The notes under the pieces were generated by a model. That model ran no database searches. It was not told the DNA's origin and saw nothing but the letters and a program-made list of their open reading frames with translations. The translations under genes and the position numbers were made by a program. Below are positions 37,845 to 47,490 of a stretch of 55,324 nucleotides of DNA, piece by piece; positions within the stretch are counted from its first letter, which is position 1; the number at the start of each line of letters is the position of its first letter. Source of the stretch: a virus (taxonomy: Duplodnaviria; Caudoviricetes); IMG/VR virus record IMGVR_UViG_3300031673_000055, positions 1-55,324 of that record; one strand, 5' to 3'.

Positions 37845-38225
37845 AATGGTGTGTATTTTTAAAAACTACACTCTGGATTTTAAAAACGCTTATAATTCAA
37901 TAACTTAAAAATGGCGTGTAGTCAGTGTGTAGTGTCAAACTACACGCCATTTTAAGGAAAAACCTTTATAAAACAAACACTTATAAAACAGTGTGTAGAA
38001 AATGTAGATATACACCCCTTAGAAAATTTTAGGGGTATCCCCCTACATTTTATACACACTGTTTTTTTATGTCTATATATGTATATATATAATATATATA
38101 TTATTATTATATATTAATAACTTATATATAGTATTCTTAATTAGGGGTGTAACATTTTTGTATAAAATGGCGTGTAGTGCAAAACTACAATTTAACTACA
38201 CGGTGCTACACACTGTTTTTTTATT
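37845..38225. repeat. Nested inverted/direct GTGTAG-CTACAC repeats around an AT-rich core; putative replication origin
   Basis: 15-bp IR 37908-37922/37939-37953; 23-bp IR with 1 mismatch 37985-38007/38043-38065; further copies at 38164-38219. Confidence 0.7.
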
Positions 38226-38353
38226 TGATTTTTTTATTTATACAAAATGTATAAAATAGTTTTTTATTTTTATTTTTTAAAAATAATTATTGATTAATAT
38301 AATAGAAGTTGTTATAAGTCGGTTATTGTAGTTTTTAATTAAGGGGATTTAAT

Positions 38354-38767
38354 ATGGGTTGTGATATACATTTTTTTAAAGAAGTTAAAATTAACGGCAA
38401 ATGGCATTTTTACGGTGAAGCTGATATTGATAGGAATTATGAATTATTTGCATTTTTAGCAGGTGTTAGAAATTATGATAATGTAACGCCAATTGCAAAA
38501 GATAGGGGACTGCCAAATGATATTAGTGATGTAACAAAATTATTTGTCAACCAATGGAAAGGTGACGGCCATAGTTATAGCTATTTAGAAGCTTGCGAAA
38601 TGGAAGAATTAGAAAAATATTTTGAAAATAGGCGTGAATCAATCTGCTATACAAAATATCCTTTAGGTTACTTATTTGGAGGTGATTGGAGTGAGTTTGC
38701 AAAATATCCTAGGGAACGTCAAGAAGGCTTACAAGATGTTAGGTTTATCTTTTGGTTTGATAATTAA
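38354..38767 (+). CDS. Conserved phage hypothetical protein (MGCDIH family)
   Basis: MGCDIH, RNYELF..LAGVR, RGLP.D, HSYS and RFIFWFDN motifs; own promoter/operator at 38290-38318. Confidence 0.8.
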   Translation: MGCDIHFFKEVKINGKWHFYGEADIDRNYELFAFLAGVRNYDNVTPIAKDRGLPNDISDVTKLFVNQWKGDGHSYSYLEACEMEELEKYFENRRESICYTKYPLGYLFGGDWSEFAKYPRERQEGLQDVRFIFWFDN

Positions 38768-38844
38768 AAGAGTTTGACTTGTAAAGATATATTATATATT
38801 ATTATAATTTAACAATTATTAAAATTTTTATAAAAATACCCCGT

Positions 38845-39387
38845 ATGATAAAAAAATTAGATAATAAAGAAAAAATATTTGTAAGTGAATATTTAATAGA
38901 TTTGGATACTGAAAGGGCGGCAATAAAAGCTGGATATTCAAAATCAATGGCAAAAAGTAAAGCTTATTCGTGGGTAAGTAATAGTAAGACCAACACTAAA
39001 CCCCACGTTTATCAGTCTATTTTAAAGAAAATGAAAGCTAAAAAAGAGCGAAATGATGTTGACGCTGATATGATTATCAAAGAATTAATGCGTATTGGTT
39101 TTGGTGATATAAGAAATATAGTTAAATGGAATGGCGATATTGCGCTGATTAAAAATAGCGATGAATTAACTAAAGACGATATGGCAATGGTTGCAGGGGT
39201 GGTTCAGAAAAAAAGTAAATTTGGCGATACTGTTGAAATAAAATTTAATGATAAACTTGCGGCACTCGATAAATTAGCTCGTCATGTTGGTTTGTATAAA
39301 GACATGGTGGAAGTTAAAAAAACAGTTGCTATATCCGATGAAGATAAAGAATTATTAGAACGTATCGGAATAAAAGTTGATGATTAA
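38845..39387 (+). CDS. terS: Terminase small subunit
   Basis: FVSEYLIDL....AAIKAGYS and DKLAALDKLARHVG motifs. Confidence 0.92.
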   Translation: MIKKLDNKEKIFVSEYLIDLDTERAAIKAGYSKSMAKSKAYSWVSNSKTNTKPHVYQSILKKMKAKKERNDVDADMIIKELMRIGFGDIRNIVKWNGDIALIKNSDELTKDDMAMVAGVVQKKSKFGDTVEIKFNDKLAALDKLARHVGLYKDMVEVKKTVAISDEDKELLERIGIKVDD

Positions 39388-40816
39388 TGTTTCAAAAGAA
39401 AAGGCTATAACCTTATTAAATGAAACTTGCAGATTAAAATTAAGTACGTTTACACAACGTGCATTTCATACGATTGACCCTGGAGCGTCTTATTTGCACA
39501 ACTGGCATATTGACGCTATAGCGGAATATTTAACAGCTTGTTATAACCGCGATATAAAACGATTGATTATTAATATACCTCCAAGGTATATGAAAAGTAT
39601 TAGCGTTACAGTTGCATGGCCTGCTTGGCTTTTGGGGCGCAATCCAGATGAGAAAATCCTTGCGGCTTCATATTCGCAACAATTATCAACTAAACATTCA
39701 CTTGATTGTCGCCATTTAATACAATCCAAATGGTATGGCGATGTTTTTCCTAATGTTATATTATCTAAAGATGAAAATCAAAAAACAAGGTTTGAAACTA
39801 CAGAAAAAGGACATAGAATAGCAACATCCGTTGGAGGTTCATCCACTGGTGAGGGTGGCAATATACTTATTGTAGATGACCCTCATAATCCTATGCAGGC
39901 GGCCAGTGAAGTGCAAAGATTAACTGCGCTTACATGGTTTGACCAAACGTTTTCAAGCCGTTTAAATAATAAAAAAGATGGTGTTATTGTTGTAGTTATG
40001 CAAAGATTGCATACAAATGATTTAACTGGCCATTTAAAAGAAAAAGGCGGATGGGAACACTTATGTTTACCTGCCATTGCAGAAAAAAAGCAAATAATTC
40101 ATATAGGGAATTTTTATAAAGAACGTAATGAAAATGAAGTTTTGCACCCAGAAAGGGAAGGATTAAAAGAATTATCTATAGTTAAAAAAGAACTTGGCAG
40201 TTATGCTTTTTCGGGGCAATATCAGCAATTACCATCCCCCCTTGGAGGCGGTATATTTAAAGATATTTGGTGGAAGTATTTTGAAATATTGCCAAAAATT
40301 AAATATTCACTTATAATAGCTGATACCGCAATGAAAACAGGTGAAATGAATGATTATTCTGTTTTTATGTGTATATGTATGGGTGAAGATAAAAACGCTT
40401 ACATTATTGATATTTTAAGGGGCAAATGGGAAGCCCCGCAATTAAAAACTCAATTTGTAGCTTTTTATAATAAACATAAAGCTAATAGTAATATTAAATT
40501 AAGAAACGCAGCAATAGAAGATAAAGCAAGCGGAACGGGTTTAATACAATCAATAAAACAAGAAAGTAAAATACCTGTTAAAGCTATAAAGCGCGATACA
40601 AAAGACAAAGTAACAAGGGCAATGTCGGTTGCTCCTTATGTTGAAAGTGGATATGTTTATTTACCTAAAAATGCAACTTGGCTATCTGATTTTACAAGTG
40701 AAGCTTCAGGTTTTCCAAATGCGCCTCATGATGACCAGGTAGACGTTCTATCCGATGCACTTGACCAGTTATATAATAAAAAACAAGAATTTAATATAAG
40801 GGTAATAAATGTTTAG
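39377..40816 (+). CDS. terL: Terminase large subunit
   Basis: NIPPRYMKS, IVDDPH, VMQR, GQYQQ.P, DTA.K, IEDKASG and FPNAPHDDQVD motifs. Confidence 0.96.
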   Translation: MMINVSKEKAITLLNETCRLKLSTFTQRAFHTIDPGASYLHNWHIDAIAEYLTACYNRDIKRLIINIPPRYMKSISVTVAWPAWLLGRNPDEKILAASYSQQLSTKHSLDCRHLIQSKWYGDVFPNVILSKDENQKTRFETTEKGHRIATSVGGSSTGEGGNILIVDDPHNPMQAASEVQRLTALTWFDQTFSSRLNNKKDGVIVVVMQRLHTNDLTGHLKEKGGWEHLCLPAIAEKKQIIHIGNFYKERNENEVLHPEREGLKELSIVKKELGSYAFSGQYQQLPSPLGGGIFKDIWWKYFEILPKIKYSLIIADTAMKTGEMNDYSVFMCICMGEDKNAYIIDILRGKWEAPQLKTQFVAFYNKHKANSNIKLRNAAIEDKASGTGLIQSIKQESKIPVKAIKRDTKDKVTRAMSVAPYVESGYVYLPKNATWLSDFTSEASGFPNAPHDDQVDVLSDALDQLYNKKQEFNIRVINV

Positions 40817-42266
40817 TAAATTTTTTAACAAAAAAGATGTAATAATTGTTGAAAAAAAATCAGCATTTACAAACTTCCCTTGGCTTATGAACGGTAATGC
40901 AGGTGCTAACAATGAAATGACTATAAAACGTGCTTTACGTTTTTATGATGAGTGCGCCCCTGTTGCAACTGCTATAGATTGGATAAATGATGAATTTAAA
41001 ACATTATCACTTATATTAAAAGAAAATGATGAAATAGAATATGATGCAGAAATATTAAAGTTTTTACGCACTCCAAATGATGATATGGTGCAAGAAGATT
41101 TTTTAGAAACTTTAGGTGCTTATTTCTTAATAACAAATGAAGTTTATATTATAGCATACGGCAACCCAAATAAAAAACCATCTGAGCTAATTATAGTATC
41201 ACCTGAATATGTTACACCTGAAAAAGGCAAAGATGGGTTTGTAAATTCCATGAGGGTTCGTATAAACGGAACATCCGAAGAAATATTTAAACGCGATGAA
41301 AATCAATATAGGTTTTACAATTCAAGTTTAACCGCTGAAATATGGCAAATAAAAGGCTTTAGCGCAATTGGCGATACTGTTTATGGTTCTTCCGGTGTAG
41401 TGGGTATTAATAACGTGCAAAACGCCCGAGGACGTTCTAAATTATCATCAATCCACCGCGAAATTAATCAATATATTGAAATATCAACTCATAATCTTGC
41501 TGTACTCGATAATGGTATGATACCGTCAGGAACAATTGAAGTTCCGGAAGGTACTACGCTTGATGATGATCAATTTGAAAAATTGCGTGAGCAAGCGGTT
41601 AATTTTTATTCAGGTGCAAAAAATGCAGGCAAAGTTTTAATACTTGAAAACGGAATGAAATTTATTCCTGCAAATTTAAATGCAAAGGATATGGATTTTG
41701 AAAAATTATCAAGGCGTGTAGAAATAACCGTATTTAATCGTTATAAAGTTCCGTTACCTTTAGTAAGCCCCGATAATATGACACTTGCTAATATGGAAAG
41801 CGCAAAACTTAATTTGTATGATAATTGTGTTATTCCTATAGCGCATAGGTTATTGCGCGAGCTTACAAACTTTCTAGCCCCTCGCTTTGGATTGTCAGAT
41901 AATGCTTTAATTTGCGCTAATTTAGATAAAATAAGTGCATTACAATTGAGGCGTAATGAGGAATTAAAACTTAAAAAAGAACTAGATGTTTTAACTAAAG
42001 ATGAATTAAGGCGTGAAATAGGATTGGAAGAAATAGAGGGCGGTAATCAACTTTACATGCTAAATAACATGATACCTTTAGGAACTACTCCATTTATTGA
42101 AAATGATTTAATAACTGTTGTAGATAGTCAAAATGAAAAAAGTTTAAAACAATCAATATGCCGTAAAGAATTTATTAAATTAATGCAAAATCAAATTGAT
42201 GTAAAAGGTAATAAAATATTTACCGATATTGAAATAAATCAAATTGCCGATGGTGAGGGGCTTTAA
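40809..42266 (+). CDS. Portal protein (HK97-like)
   Basis: GAKNAGKVLILENGM, DMDF and DELRREIGL motifs. Confidence 0.93.
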   Translation: MFSKFFNKKDVIIVEKKSAFTNFPWLMNGNAGANNEMTIKRALRFYDECAPVATAIDWINDEFKTLSLILKENDEIEYDAEILKFLRTPNDDMVQEDFLETLGAYFLITNEVYIIAYGNPNKKPSELIIVSPEYVTPEKGKDGFVNSMRVRINGTSEEIFKRDENQYRFYNSSLTAEIWQIKGFSAIGDTVYGSSGVVGINNVQNARGRSKLSSIHREINQYIEISTHNLAVLDNGMIPSGTIEVPEGTTLDDDQFEKLREQAVNFYSGAKNAGKVLILENGMKFIPANLNAKDMDFEKLSRRVEITVFNRYKVPLPLVSPDNMTLANMESAKLNLYDNCVIPIAHRLLRELTNFLAPRFGLSDNALICANLDKISALQLRRNEELKLKKELDVLTKDELRREIGLEEIEGGNQLYMLNNMIPLGTTPFIENDLITVVDSQNEKSLKQSICRKEFIKLMQNQIDVKGNKIFTDIEINQIADGEGL

Positions 42267-43111
42267 TGGCAACTAGGCAACAAAAATTAGCATCTTTGCA
42301 ATTAGCAAAGAAAATTAAACTTGAAAATAAGTTTAAACCAAAACTTACGCGCTTTTTTAGGCAATTAGGCAAAGATATAAATGTTGTATGGGCTACTACT
42401 GGCAATATTCCAAATTTAAAACCGTTTGAGCCTGAACTTGTATTTTTATTGCGCGAACATTATAGGGATGTTGCTAAATTATTTAGCGGTGAAGTTAGAG
42501 CTGAAATAAAACATTTTAATTTACAATTAGAAACTAAACAAATAAGTGAAACCGTGGATAGCGATATTATGCAATATATTATGTCGCATAGTATTGAAAA
42601 TGCAGGCATTATACTTGCGACAACACAAAAAGAATTACAAACTATTGTTGCCGGTGTATTGGTTAATTCTGCATTGCAAGATATTCCTTTAACTAATTTA
42701 CAAATTGGAAACCAAATAAAAGAAAATTTTATCAATAAAACCGGTAAACGTGTTGAAACCATTGCAATAACTGAAACTAATACAACTGCAGAAAGAATAA
42801 AATATATTGAAGCTAATGCGTTTCAAAGTGTTATAAATGAAAGCCCATCCCCTGCAAAATTAGTAGACACATGGAATACAACACTTGATGAGCGTACAAG
42901 GGCATCTCATGTTGCGGCTGATAGGCAAGAAGTAACTCACGGTAGGCCATTTACAGTACAAGGGCAATTATTGCGTTTTCCCGGCGATACGGCACTTGGC
43001 GCATCACTTGATAATGTAATAAATTGCAGGTGTAGCGCAATAACGTCAATTAGTGGTGTTGACGCTCCCATTGCTACAATCCCTGCAATTCCTATTATTA
43101 GGTTAAATTAA
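42266..43111 (+). CDS. Head morphogenesis/minor head protein (Mu gpF/SPP1 gp7-like)
   Basis: IAITE, W....DERTRASH, FPGD and INCRC motifs. Confidence 0.9.
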   Translation: MATRQQKLASLQLAKKIKLENKFKPKLTRFFRQLGKDINVVWATTGNIPNLKPFEPELVFLLREHYRDVAKLFSGEVRAEIKHFNLQLETKQISETVDSDIMQYIMSHSIENAGIILATTQKELQTIVAGVLVNSALQDIPLTNLQIGNQIKENFINKTGKRVETIAITETNTTAERIKYIEANAFQSVINESPSPAKLVDTWNTTLDERTRASHVAADRQEVTHGRPFTVQGQLLRFPGDTALGASLDNVINCRCSAITSISGVDAPIATIPAIPIIRLN

Positions 43112-43228
43112 TGATAAGCTTTAATCTTATGATTTTTTTTATTTTTACTTTCAAATAATAATTGTATTAAATTAAACTATCTATATATTGCGTAAACGCA
43201 AGGTTACAGGTAGTCAATTAACAGGTAG

Positions 43229-43369
43229 TTAATAGTTTATTAAATCTTTTATTTTATTTAATAATACCTTGCGGCTTTTTATTATTAGTAATAACACAAA
43301 CAGCCAAAAAGTAGTTACATATAATAATATTGGTAATCCAATAATTACATTTGTTAAATTTAATTCCAT
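43229..43369 (-). CDS. 46-aa single-TM peptide
   Basis: MELNLTNVIIGLPILLYVTTFWLFVLLLIIKSRK...; GGGGA RBS; translated by hand. Confidence 0.5.
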   Translation of the reverse strand: MELNLTNVIIGLPILLYVTTFWLFVLLLIIKSRKVLLNKIKDLINY

Positions 43370-43370
43370 T

Positions 43371-43562
43371 TTATTCCCCTAATTTCATTTCTAAAAATTC
43401 AATAACTATTTTAGGCACTGGGCTTTTTCCACTTACCCAATGACTAATTGTCTTTTGGCTATAATCAGTTGCAGTTGCTAATTGCCCTTTCCAATATTTA
43501 CCGTAAAGCCTAAATCCTAATTCTTGCAATCTATTAATATCTTGTATCTGCAAATTCGACAC
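43371..43562 (-). CDS. XRE/Cro-like helix-turn-helix protein
   Basis: QLATATDYSQKTISHWVSGKSPVP helix-turn-helix; AAGGAG RBS. Confidence 0.78.
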   Translation of the reverse strand: MSNLQIQDINRLQELGFRLYGKYWKGQLATATDYSQKTISHWVSGKSPVPKIVIEFLEMKLGE

Positions 43563-43680
43563 GCAATTGCTCCTTATATTTTGTTAATTCTATATCATTT
43601 TTAATATCATAACCTTTTAAAGCTAAAGCTAATAATACTAATAAAATTAATCCTAATCCATTGTAAAATTTTTCACTCAT
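43534..43680 (-). CDS. 48-aa membrane peptide
   Basis: MSEKFYNGLGLILLVLLALALKG...; AAGGA RBS; translated by hand. Confidence 0.55.
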   Translation of the reverse strand: MSEKFYNGLGLILLVLLALALKGYDIKNDIELTKYKEQLRVEFADTRY

Positions 43681-43818
43681 AATTAATCCTTGTAATTATT
43701 GCCTTAAATCTTTTTAACATTTTGTTAAATGTATTGCAAGCTTTATTTTTCACCTTTTTATTTTTTTTTAATCCTTTATAATATTATAATTATGAAACTA
43801 TTATGGTTATAATACCTT

Positions 43819-44574
43819 ATGGAAAATCTACTTTTTAAAAAAATCAATTCACCTTTAGAATTCAAAGAGCTTGATGATGGCTTTGTGCATATAAAAGGTT
43901 ACGCCTCAACCTTTGGGAATATTGATAGAGTTGGTGATAAAATAGAACAAGGCGCATTTTCCATGAGTTTAACGGAACGTATGCCAAAGTTATTATATCA
44001 GCATAAAATGAGTGAGCCTTTAGGGGTTATTGATAAAGCATATGAAACTGAAGTGGGATTGGTTATCGAAGCGCGTATGCCAAAAGATAACAGCACTGTT
44101 AAAGATTTATTGCCATTATTAAAAATGGGTGCTTTAGGTGATTTTAGCATTGGATTTAGCGTTAAAGAAGCCGAAATGGGTGAGGATGGCATAAGAATAT
44201 TAAAAGAAGTAGATTTATGGGAAGTATCAATAGTTACTATTCCTGCAAATGCCAGGGCAAAAATTATGCAGGTTAAAAAACTTGAAACTGAATTAAATCA
44301 AATAAAACAAAAAAAAGGTACTGATATGGATGAAAAAACAGTTGATGCTTTTAAAGCTGAATCCATAAGTACTAAACGCGAATTTGAACAAATGCTAAAA
44401 GATACAGGTGTATTTACTAAAAAAGCCGCCGTTATTTTAGCTTCAAAGTTCAAAGAAGTTGAAGTGCAGGGTGACCCTGTTACTACAAAGAATAATCAGA
44501 GTGATTCTGTTGATATTAAATGCCTATTAGAGGCAATAAAAGAAACTCAAAAAACTTTTAATAAAGGAAACTAA
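43819..44574 (+). CDS. HK97-family prohead protease
   Basis: GYASTFGNID..GD, LYQH, FSIGF and LWEVSIVTIPAN motifs. Confidence 0.95.
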   Translation: MENLLFKKINSPLEFKELDDGFVHIKGYASTFGNIDRVGDKIEQGAFSMSLTERMPKLLYQHKMSEPLGVIDKAYETEVGLVIEARMPKDNSTVKDLLPLLKMGALGDFSIGFSVKEAEMGEDGIRILKEVDLWEVSIVTIPANARAKIMQVKKLETELNQIKQKKGTDMDEKTVDAFKAESISTKREFEQMLKDTGVFTKKAAVILASKFKEVEVQGDPVTTKNNQSDSVDIKCLLEAIKETQKTFNKGN

Positions 44575-44575
44575 A

Positions 44576-45967
44576 ATGCCTAATGAAAATGAAATGAAGG
44601 ACGTTTTAAGCGGACTTGCAAGCATTCGTGAAATAGCTGAAAAATCAACCTCTATGGGAGCTGAAGCTAAAGAGCAACTTGCAAAACTTGGCGATGAAAC
44701 TTCTAAAAAACTTGCTGAAGTTCAAGCTAAAAGCCTTGAAACCGAAGCTGAAACTAAAAAACTACAATCTGAAATAGAACTTGTTAAAAAAGACTATGAA
44801 GATATGTATAAAAAAGCTAATCGTTTAAATGTTACCAATTCAGGACTTGATGAATTTGCAGAAACTAAAAGCAAATTTAAAAATGAATTTTCTCAATATT
44901 TGCGTAAAGGTGTCGCCCCTTCAAGCGATGCACTTAATGAACTTGCAACTGCTTTTGTTAAAAAAACCATTGATACTAATGATGAATTAGCTTTGAAAAA
45001 TTCTATTTACAATATGGTTAATGAGCAAGGCACTGAGGACGGTAAAGGCTTTTACATGTTTAGCGATGTAAAGTCAATGGTTACAGGTAACAATCCCGAT
45101 GGTGGTTATTTGGTGCGCCCTGACCAGCGTTCAGATGTAACTGTTACCCGTATATTTGAAAGCTCCCCTATGCGCGCTGTAGCTGGAATTATCACAACTG
45201 GAACAAATGAAGTTGAAATTCCTATTGATGATAATGAAGGTGTTTCGGGCGGATGGGTTGGTGAAGTTGAAACCCGCGCATCAACCGGTACTCCTAAAGT
45301 CGGAGTTCTTAAAATTGCAGTTCATGAGCAATACGCTGAACCCCTTATTACTCAAAAAATGCTTGATGATGCTGCAATAAATATTGAAGCTTGGCTTGCC
45401 CGTAAAACTGATGAAAAACTTATGCGTCTTGAAAATACTGCATTTGTATCAGGCGATGGTGCTAACAAGCCTAAAGGCTTTTTGTCTTATGCTGCATGGG
45501 CAACCCCTGGAGTTTATGAGCGCAATAAACTTGAGCAGATAAAATCAGGCACTTCAGGCGTTATAACCGCCGATGGTTTGCGTAAACTTCAAGGTGCATT
45601 GCTTGAGGCTTATCAGCCGGGTGCTGTATTTATGATGAAACGTGATGCCTTTACCGATGTATCATTACTAAAAGATGGTGCTGGACGTTACCTACTTAAT
45701 GAGCGGTTACTTGCTGACGGTGTAGATGTTAGGTTGCTTGGCAAGCCTTTATTCTTTGCCGATGATATGCAGGCAGTTGCAGCCGATGCGCTTGCTGTTG
45801 CTTATGGTGATTTTGGCGTAGGTTATACAATTGTTGACCGTATGGGATTGCGCGTACTTCGCGACCCTTATACCGCAAAACCATTCATCAAATTCTACAC
45901 TACTAAACGTGTAGGCGGTGACGTTACTAACTATCAGGCAATTAAAATACAGAAACTTGCTGTATAA
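44576..45967 (+). CDS. Major capsid protein (HK97 fold with delta domain)
   Basis: Coiled-coil N-terminus, DGGYLV, TQKMLDDA, GDGANKPKG and LRDPYTAKP..KFYTTKRVGG motifs. Confidence 0.96.
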   Translation: MPNENEMKDVLSGLASIREIAEKSTSMGAEAKEQLAKLGDETSKKLAEVQAKSLETEAETKKLQSEIELVKKDYEDMYKKANRLNVTNSGLDEFAETKSKFKNEFSQYLRKGVAPSSDALNELATAFVKKTIDTNDELALKNSIYNMVNEQGTEDGKGFYMFSDVKSMVTGNNPDGGYLVRPDQRSDVTVTRIFESSPMRAVAGIITTGTNEVEIPIDDNEGVSGGWVGEVETRASTGTPKVGVLKIAVHEQYAEPLITQKMLDDAAINIEAWLARKTDEKLMRLENTAFVSGDGANKPKGFLSYAAWATPGVYERNKLEQIKSGTSGVITADGLRKLQGALLEAYQPGAVFMMKRDAFTDVSLLKDGAGRYLLNERLLADGVDVRLLGKPLFFADDMQAVAADALAVAYGDFGVGYTIVDRMGLRVLRDPYTAKPFIKFYTTKRVGGDVTNYQAIKIQKLAV

Positions 45968-45973
45968 TTAAAA

Positions 45974-46002
45974 AGGTGGGAGTGTAAAAACTCCCACTTA
46001 TT
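45974..46002 (+). terminator. Hairpin/intrinsic terminator after the capsid gene
   Basis: GTGGGAGT-N6-ACTCCCAC followed by TTATT. Confidence 0.65.
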
Positions 46003-46031
46003 AAATTTATAAAATATAAGGATTAAAAATT

Positions 46032-46454
46032 ATGGCTATAAATGATATTCGCAGTAATTTACTGCCTAAACTTGCTTTTCGTGCAATAATCACAACTGAT
46101 ACTACTACCAATGGTGCTATTATTGATACTGCTGATTTTGATGGCGGCGTTGTGTTTACGTTGCTTTCAACTGTTTATGGTGCTGGTACTTATACGCCTG
46201 TGCTAGAAGAATCAAATAATGCCGATATGTCAAGTGCTAACGATGTTGCGGATGCTAATTTGATAGGTACTGAAGCAGGCGCGGTTATTTCTGCACTTAC
46301 TGCCTCAGGTGCTAATCTGCCCTCAATTGGAGCTTTTGGCACTAAACGTTATTTGCGTTTAAAGATAGTTTCTGCTACTACTACCACTACTACAATAGCT
46401 GCTATATTCCAAGGTGTTCCAAATGTAATGCCAAGTGGTGATTTATCTGTTTAA
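46032..46454 (+). CDS. Putative head decoration/cement protein
   Basis: IDTADFD...EES..AD...GTKRYLRL pattern directly after the capsid gene. Confidence 0.7.
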   Translation: MAINDIRSNLLPKLAFRAIITTDTTTNGAIIDTADFDGGVVFTLLSTVYGAGTYTPVLEESNNADMSSANDVADANLIGTEAGAVISALTASGANLPSIGAFGTKRYLRLKIVSATTTTTTIAAIFQGVPNVMPSGDLSV

Positions 46455-46467
46455 TTAATAACAAATT

Positions 46468-46497
46468 AATGGTGGGTGTAAAATCCCGCCATTTTTT
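46468..46497 (+). terminator. Intrinsic terminator
   Basis: AATGGTGGG/CCCGCCATT stem followed by a T-run. Confidence 0.7.
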
Positions 46498-46509
46498 GAA
46501 AGGTATAAT

Positions 46510-46869
46510 ATGATTGTAACTATTATAAAAAGCGGCGCGCTTGCAATTTCTCCAAGGGAGGTTGTTATATTTTCTAAAGGTGATAAATTCAAAGAAGGTG
46601 ATAAAAATTTAACGCTTGAAAATCTTAAACGCCTTGTAGAATTAAACCTTGCTACTTTTGATAATAAAGATATTATCGTTAAAGAAGAAAAAATAGAATT
46701 TAATGATTTTGATATATCAATTGAAAATGATACTTTAGATGAAATTGATACATTTACTGATAAAGATGATTTAATTGAATATGCAAAAGAAATTTACAGC
46801 GTTAATCTTGATAAAAGAAAAACACTAGAAAAATTAAAAGAAACTCTTAAATTAGCAATAAAGGAATAA
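46510..46869 (+). CDS. Head-associated protein with C-terminal HeH/Rho-N-like motif
   Basis: DKDDLIEYAKE...LDKRKTLEKLK. Confidence 0.6.
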   Translation: MIVTIIKSGALAISPREVVIFSKGDKFKEGDKNLTLENLKRLVELNLATFDNKDIIVKEEKIEFNDFDISIENDTLDEIDTFTDKDDLIEYAKEIYSVNLDKRKTLEKLKETLKLAIKE

Positions 46870-46873
46870 TAAT

Positions 46874-47443
46874 ATGACTGCTAACGTTCTTAATAGATTT
46901 GGCCAGCCTGATTTAACAGGTGATAATCCCCTTTATATTGGCGGTACTTTTGAAATACTACCTGATGCAACCGTAAGCCGTGCAGGCCGCAAAATAGTAA
47001 CTCCTATTTGCGGTAATGCAAAAGTTGGTGCAACTGCAGGATGGGTTATTACAGGCGGCACTAATATTTGTCATGCTACATTGCCTGCAAGTCAAACTTC
47101 ATCTACTTTAGTTGTTCCAATAACAGGATTAGAAATAGGCGATACGTTTACAGGCTTATCAATACAAGGACAAGTTGAATCCGCTGGTAACAACGTAACG
47201 CTTGTTCTATCAGTTCGCAAATTAACAACTGCCGCCGGTGCTGTAGTTGATGCTGAACTTGGAGCTGATAACGTGGGAACGCTAATAGCTGATACGCTTA
47301 TAAGTTCTGCTAATTTAGCAGTAACAGGTCTTACTGAAACCCTTGCGGAAGGTGAAACCCTTTACGCATTACTAACAGGAACTACCGCTGCATCTACTGA
47401 TATTGATTTAACAGGTATGATTGCAACTGTTAATCGTTCTTAA
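46874..47443 (+). CDS. Virion structural protein (beta-rich)
   Basis: Thr/Gly/Ala-rich protein in the head region. Confidence 0.55.
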   Translation: MTANVLNRFGQPDLTGDNPLYIGGTFEILPDATVSRAGRKIVTPICGNAKVGATAGWVITGGTNICHATLPASQTSSTLVVPITGLEIGDTFTGLSIQGQVESAGNNVTLVLSVRKLTTAAGAVVDAELGADNVGTLIADTLISSANLAVTGLTETLAEGETLYALLTGTTAASTDIDLTGMIATVNRS

Positions 47444-47449
47444 TTAAAT

Positions 47450-47481
47450 ATAGGCAGTAAAAAATCTACTGCCTATTTATT
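47450..47481 (+). terminator. Intrinsic terminator-like hairpin
   Basis: ATAGGCAGTA/TACTGCCTAT stem followed by TTATT. Confidence 0.65.
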
Positions 47482-47490
47482 AGGTTATTT

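Noticed and set aside
37845-38225. CRISPR mini-array or transposon ends
   Set aside because: The repeats are short, irregularly spaced and in both orientations, with no transposase; an origin fits better.
20862-43562. Classical lysogeny module
   Set aside because: Only small RHH and HTH proteins were found; no integrase, CI-type peptidase repressor, ParA or protelomerase was recognised.
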